Assembly: GCA_048939245.1 (NCBI GenBank) | Contig: JBHLPR010000040.1 | Coordinates: 1-19,348, forward strand | DNA from: Promethearchaeota archaeon | GTDB taxonomy: Archaea; Asgardarchaeota; Hermodarchaeia; Hermodarchaeales; Hermodarchaeaceae | DNA: 19,348 nucleotides | Direction of reading: 5' to 3' | Shown here: piece by piece, positions 17,060 to 19,348 of the stretch | Position numbering within the stretch: position 1 is the first letter of the stretch | Layout: every line of letters begins with the position of its first letter | Position numbers and translations under genes: made by a program | Notes under the pieces: generated by a model | Seen by the model: only the letters and a program-made list of their open reading frames with translations | The model's database searches: none | Told to the model about the DNA's origin: nothing

Positions 17060-17554
17060 CTATCTCTTTGACTTATCCAAATTCGGCGATTCCCAATCCT
17101 TCCGGAGGGGATAGACATCCTTCGGCCAATCTTCTGGCAGAATTAAGCGTTTCAGGTTCGGATGTCCCTTAAATTTGATTCCCAAGAGATCGTGGACTTC
17201 ACGCTCGTATAATGTCGCACCAGGTATTAGGGGTGTAATGGAATCCACCTCAGGATGGGAGGTGGGCACCTGGATATGCAAGCTTACAGAAACTGACTTC
17301 ACTTCAAAATGGTAAATGACAGCTAATTCGCCTCGAAGGTCCATTCCAGTTATCGTTGAAAGATGGTATAAGCCCCATTCTTGTTTCATCCATTCGACAG
17401 CTTTCCGTACGGCTTCAGCTTTCACAGTAACATAGATGCTGCCTTCACGCAAAAACTCTGACGAAATGAAATCTTCGCCCATGGCTTTTTCAATCTCAGC
17501 CATCATACCTGCTTCTTTCTTCGTAGGCTTTTTCGGGGTTTTCTCTTCTGTCAT
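17060..17554 (-). CDS. NuoC/MbhK-like subunit of a complex I-like / group 4 hydrogenase
   Basis: HLSTITGMD, YHF, SITPLIPGATLYEREVHDLLGIKFKGHPNLKRLILPEDWP...YPLRKD. Confidence 0.92.
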   Translation of the reverse strand: MTEEKTPKKPTKKEAGMMAEIEKAMGEDFISSEFLREGSIYVTVKAEAVRKAVEWMKQEWGLYHLSTITGMDLRGELAVIYHFEVKSVSVSLHIQVPTSHPEVDSITPLIPGATLYEREVHDLLGIKFKGHPNLKRLILPEDWPKDVYPLRKDWESPNLDKSKR

Positions 17555-17585
17555 ATCTTGTTTCCTCCATCCTTTTCATAAAAAC

Positions 17586-18020
17586 TCATGAACCAGCCAA
17601 TTTACCAAGGAGTGCCGCAACGCCATAAATTATGGCTTCAGGTTTCGGTGGACAACCAGGAATCCATGCATCCACAGGAATCACATCATCTAAGCCACCC
17701 GCAACATTATAACATTCCCGGAACACGCCACCAGACATTGTGCAGGCCCCTATGCCCACCACAAACTTGGGATCAGGAGTTTGATTATAAATTCGTAAAA
17801 AGCGCTTTGCAACCTGTTTAGTAATCGGTCCAGAACATAACAGAACATCTGCATGACGCGGACTGCCTTTCAACAAAACTCCAAACCGTTCTAGATCATA
17901 GCGCGGTGTCAATGCGTCGAGAATTTCGATATCGCACCCGTTACATCCTCCGCTATTCAGATGGAGTACCCATGGAGATTTGATGCGTGCCCATGTTACT
18001 ATCTTATCAACAATACCCAT
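17586..18020 (-). CDS. NuoB-family [4Fe-4S] subunit, group 4 hydrogenase small-subunit type (MbhJ/EchC-like)
   Basis: SPWVLHLNSGGCNGCDIE, PRYDLERFG, SPRHAD, GAC, PGCPPKPE; true start ATG 18020 (the track start at 18227 runs through the nuoA-like gene). Confidence 0.93.
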   Translation of the reverse strand: MGIVDKIVTWARIKSPWVLHLNSGGCNGCDIEILDALTPRYDLERFGVLLKGSPRHADVLLCSGPITKQVAKRFLRIYNQTPDPKFVVGIGACTMSGGVFRECYNVAGGLDDVIPVDAWIPGCPPKPEAIIYGVAALLGKLAGS

Positions 18021-18039
18021 TGTGGTTTCCTCTTTTCGT

Positions 18040-18381
18040 TTATTTTCGTAGAATGATGATTGCCAAGAATGCGACTGCCAGGAAGATGATTGGCACCCAG
18101 CCAAGGACACCCATAGATGTCGCAAGCACAAAGGCGACGATGTCAAAGATGGTAAAATAGACGGCATACCGGAGAAGGTGGGTGTGGAATTGGGCTTTAG
18201 TCGCAGGAAGTTCTTCGCCACAGGCATAGGTTGTGATTTTTTCCTTCGTGGGATTACTAGGCGCTATACGACTACCAACCCAGTAGAGGAGAACGACGAT
18301 TAGCAGAATTACGCCAAAGGCGGCAAGGAACCAACCAACATTACCGATATTATTCAGCCAACTGAAATATTCTGCCTGCAT
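18040..18381 (-). CDS. NuoA-like three-TM membrane subunit
   Basis: EKITTYACGE loop, YAVYFTIFDIVAF, three hydrophobic segments; GGTGA SD favours ATG 18381 (alternative 18390). Confidence 0.88.
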   Translation of the reverse strand: MQAEYFSWLNNIGNVGWFLAAFGVILLIVVLLYWVGSRIAPSNPTKEKITTYACGEELPATKAQFHTHLLRYAVYFTIFDIVAFVLATSMGVLGWVPIIFLAVAFLAIIILRK

Positions 18382-18437
18382 TTTCTGCATTCACCACAGG
18401 TCTTATGGCTTGTTAGCAGTTCAAGGGTTGGGCTTCG

Positions 18438-18444
18438 TATAAAA
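18438..18444 (-). promoter_or_regulatory. putative TATA box (TTTTATA) for the nuoA/B/C-like unit
   Basis: Located in the intergenic gap about 50-60 nt upstream of the nuoA-like start. Confidence 0.45.
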
Positions 18445-18489
18445 GGCTTGCTCCCTGAGGAACTTTTACTTTCAAGCACAACCTTGGAA

Positions 18490-18657
18490 TTAATCACTGA
18501 TTTCGATACGAACCTTCTCGGTGCCTTTCAATTTAGGCACTCGAAGAGTAGACACAACAGCCACAACAATTGTATGCAATAGTCTGTCGATATAGTCATT
18601 CATACCAATTTCACGGTCAAATATGATGAGGGTCGTTTTTCTTTCCTTAGATGTCAT
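18490..18657 (-). CDS. 55-aa small protein coupled to mobB, resembling the C-terminal extension of archaeal MobB proteins
   Basis: Hand translation MTSKERKTTLIIFDREIGMNDYIDRLLHTIVVAVVSTLRVPKLKGTEKVRIEISD*; ATGA overlap with the mobB stop; absent from the ORF track. Confidence 0.75.
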   Translation of the reverse strand: MTSKERKTTLIIFDREIGMNDYIDRLLHTIVVAVVSTLRVPKLKGTEKVRIEISD

Positions 18658-19211
18658 TCTTGGTCACCAATAGAAATGGTTGGTGCTGTAAGAAGCCATT
18701 TATCAATTGCTTCCAACAAGAAGGGAAACTCCGCAGGAATCTGAATCACTGATTCAATATTAGGGTTCAGAGTACACTGACCGAGGATGGGGCCTGTAGT
18801 TTCCACTTGAAATTCGGAGATTTCGTCGGTTGTGCGGATGCAGATAACCTTTGCGATACTCGGATCTTTCTGCGTCCAAAACCGAAATCCTTCAAGAACA
18901 ATGACATCGGCTGGAATTGCGGTGGCTCCATAACTCAGTAATTCCTTGAGTTGAGTAATTGGTTGTCGAAGAAGCAGAGCTGTTGCACTTTCACTATGAA
19001 GAAATGTAGCTGATGCTCCTGCATCCAGATGTCGATACGAATCAGTCCCTGGTGAATCCAGTGAAAATTCAGGGTCACCTACATGTTTTGCACTGAGCAC
19101 ATGAAACTTTTGCTCAACAAGGTGTGCAATAATTTTAGTCGTTACGGTGGTTTTTCCCGAATCCTTGTACCCAAATACCGAGATAGTTGGAGGCAATGAA
19201 ACAGTCAACAA
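18654..19211 (-). CDS. mobB: molybdopterin-guanine dinucleotide biosynthesis protein B
   Basis: Walker A GYKDSGKTT, AKH, DSPGTDSYRH..AGA, DVIVLEGF; GGAGG SD just upstream of tandem TTG codons. Confidence 0.9.
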   Translation of the reverse strand: MLTVSLPPTISVFGYKDSGKTTVTTKIIAHLVEQKFHVLSAKHVGDPEFSLDSPGTDSYRHLDAGASATFLHSESATALLLRQPITQLKELLSYGATAIPADVIVLEGFRFWTQKDPSIAKVICIRTTDEISEFQVETTGPILGQCTLNPNIESVIQIPAEFPFLLEAIDKWLLTAPTISIGDQE

Positions 19212-19348
19212 TCCTCCCTGAAACAGGCTTCTAACGGTAGATGGGAAGCTCCTCTCGTATAATCATTTTCATAAAAGCCCACAACAAAATGAAGGGTTCT
19301 AGTAACGCAAAAACTTCAAACTTGTAGTCACACTTTTAAGCAGAACAC

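Noticed and set aside
18021-18227. N-terminal extension of the NuoB-like ORF in the track
   Set aside because: Overlaps the nuoA-like gene in another frame; homology starts at MGIVDK (18020)
1-19348. CRISPR arrays, tRNA/rRNA genes, transposases, integrases and the remaining short ORFs in the track
   Set aside because: No regularly spaced repeats, cloverleaf patterns or recombinase motifs seen by eye; the remaining short ORFs are shadows of well-supported genes

Overview
Gene-dense, AT-leaning archaeal chromosomal window. Evidence for an archaeon: F420-dependent Mtd, archaeal TrmI, tungsten-type AOR, TATA-box promoters and GGTGA/GGAGG Shine-Dalgarno motifs. The gene mix would fit an anaerobic Asgard- or Bathyarchaeia-like organism, but that is inference only. 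Left to right: a CDF transporter fused to a NifB/NifX domain; a conserved helical hypothetical plus two tandem YdjG-like zinc-ribbon membrane proteins; trmI; a multi-zinc-finger protein; a Thr/Ser dehydratase; a probably frameshifted VOC gene; a metallophosphoesterase; an SCP2 lipid-carrier / Fe-ADH / AOR cluster followed by two orphans; hypD; an OsmC-family gene; an FrhB/FpoF-like protein next to mtd; a three-gene NuoA-like/MbhJ-like/MbhK-like group 4 hydrogenase fragment lacking its large subunit; and mobB followed by a translationally coupled 55-aa ORF that the ORF track missed. I saw no rRNA, tRNA, CRISPR array or mobile element. The best candidates for undescribed systems are the SCP2-ADH-AOR unit (with a structured intergenic element) and the YdjG-like pair with its helical partner. 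All family assignments come from motif recognition by eye, not database searches.
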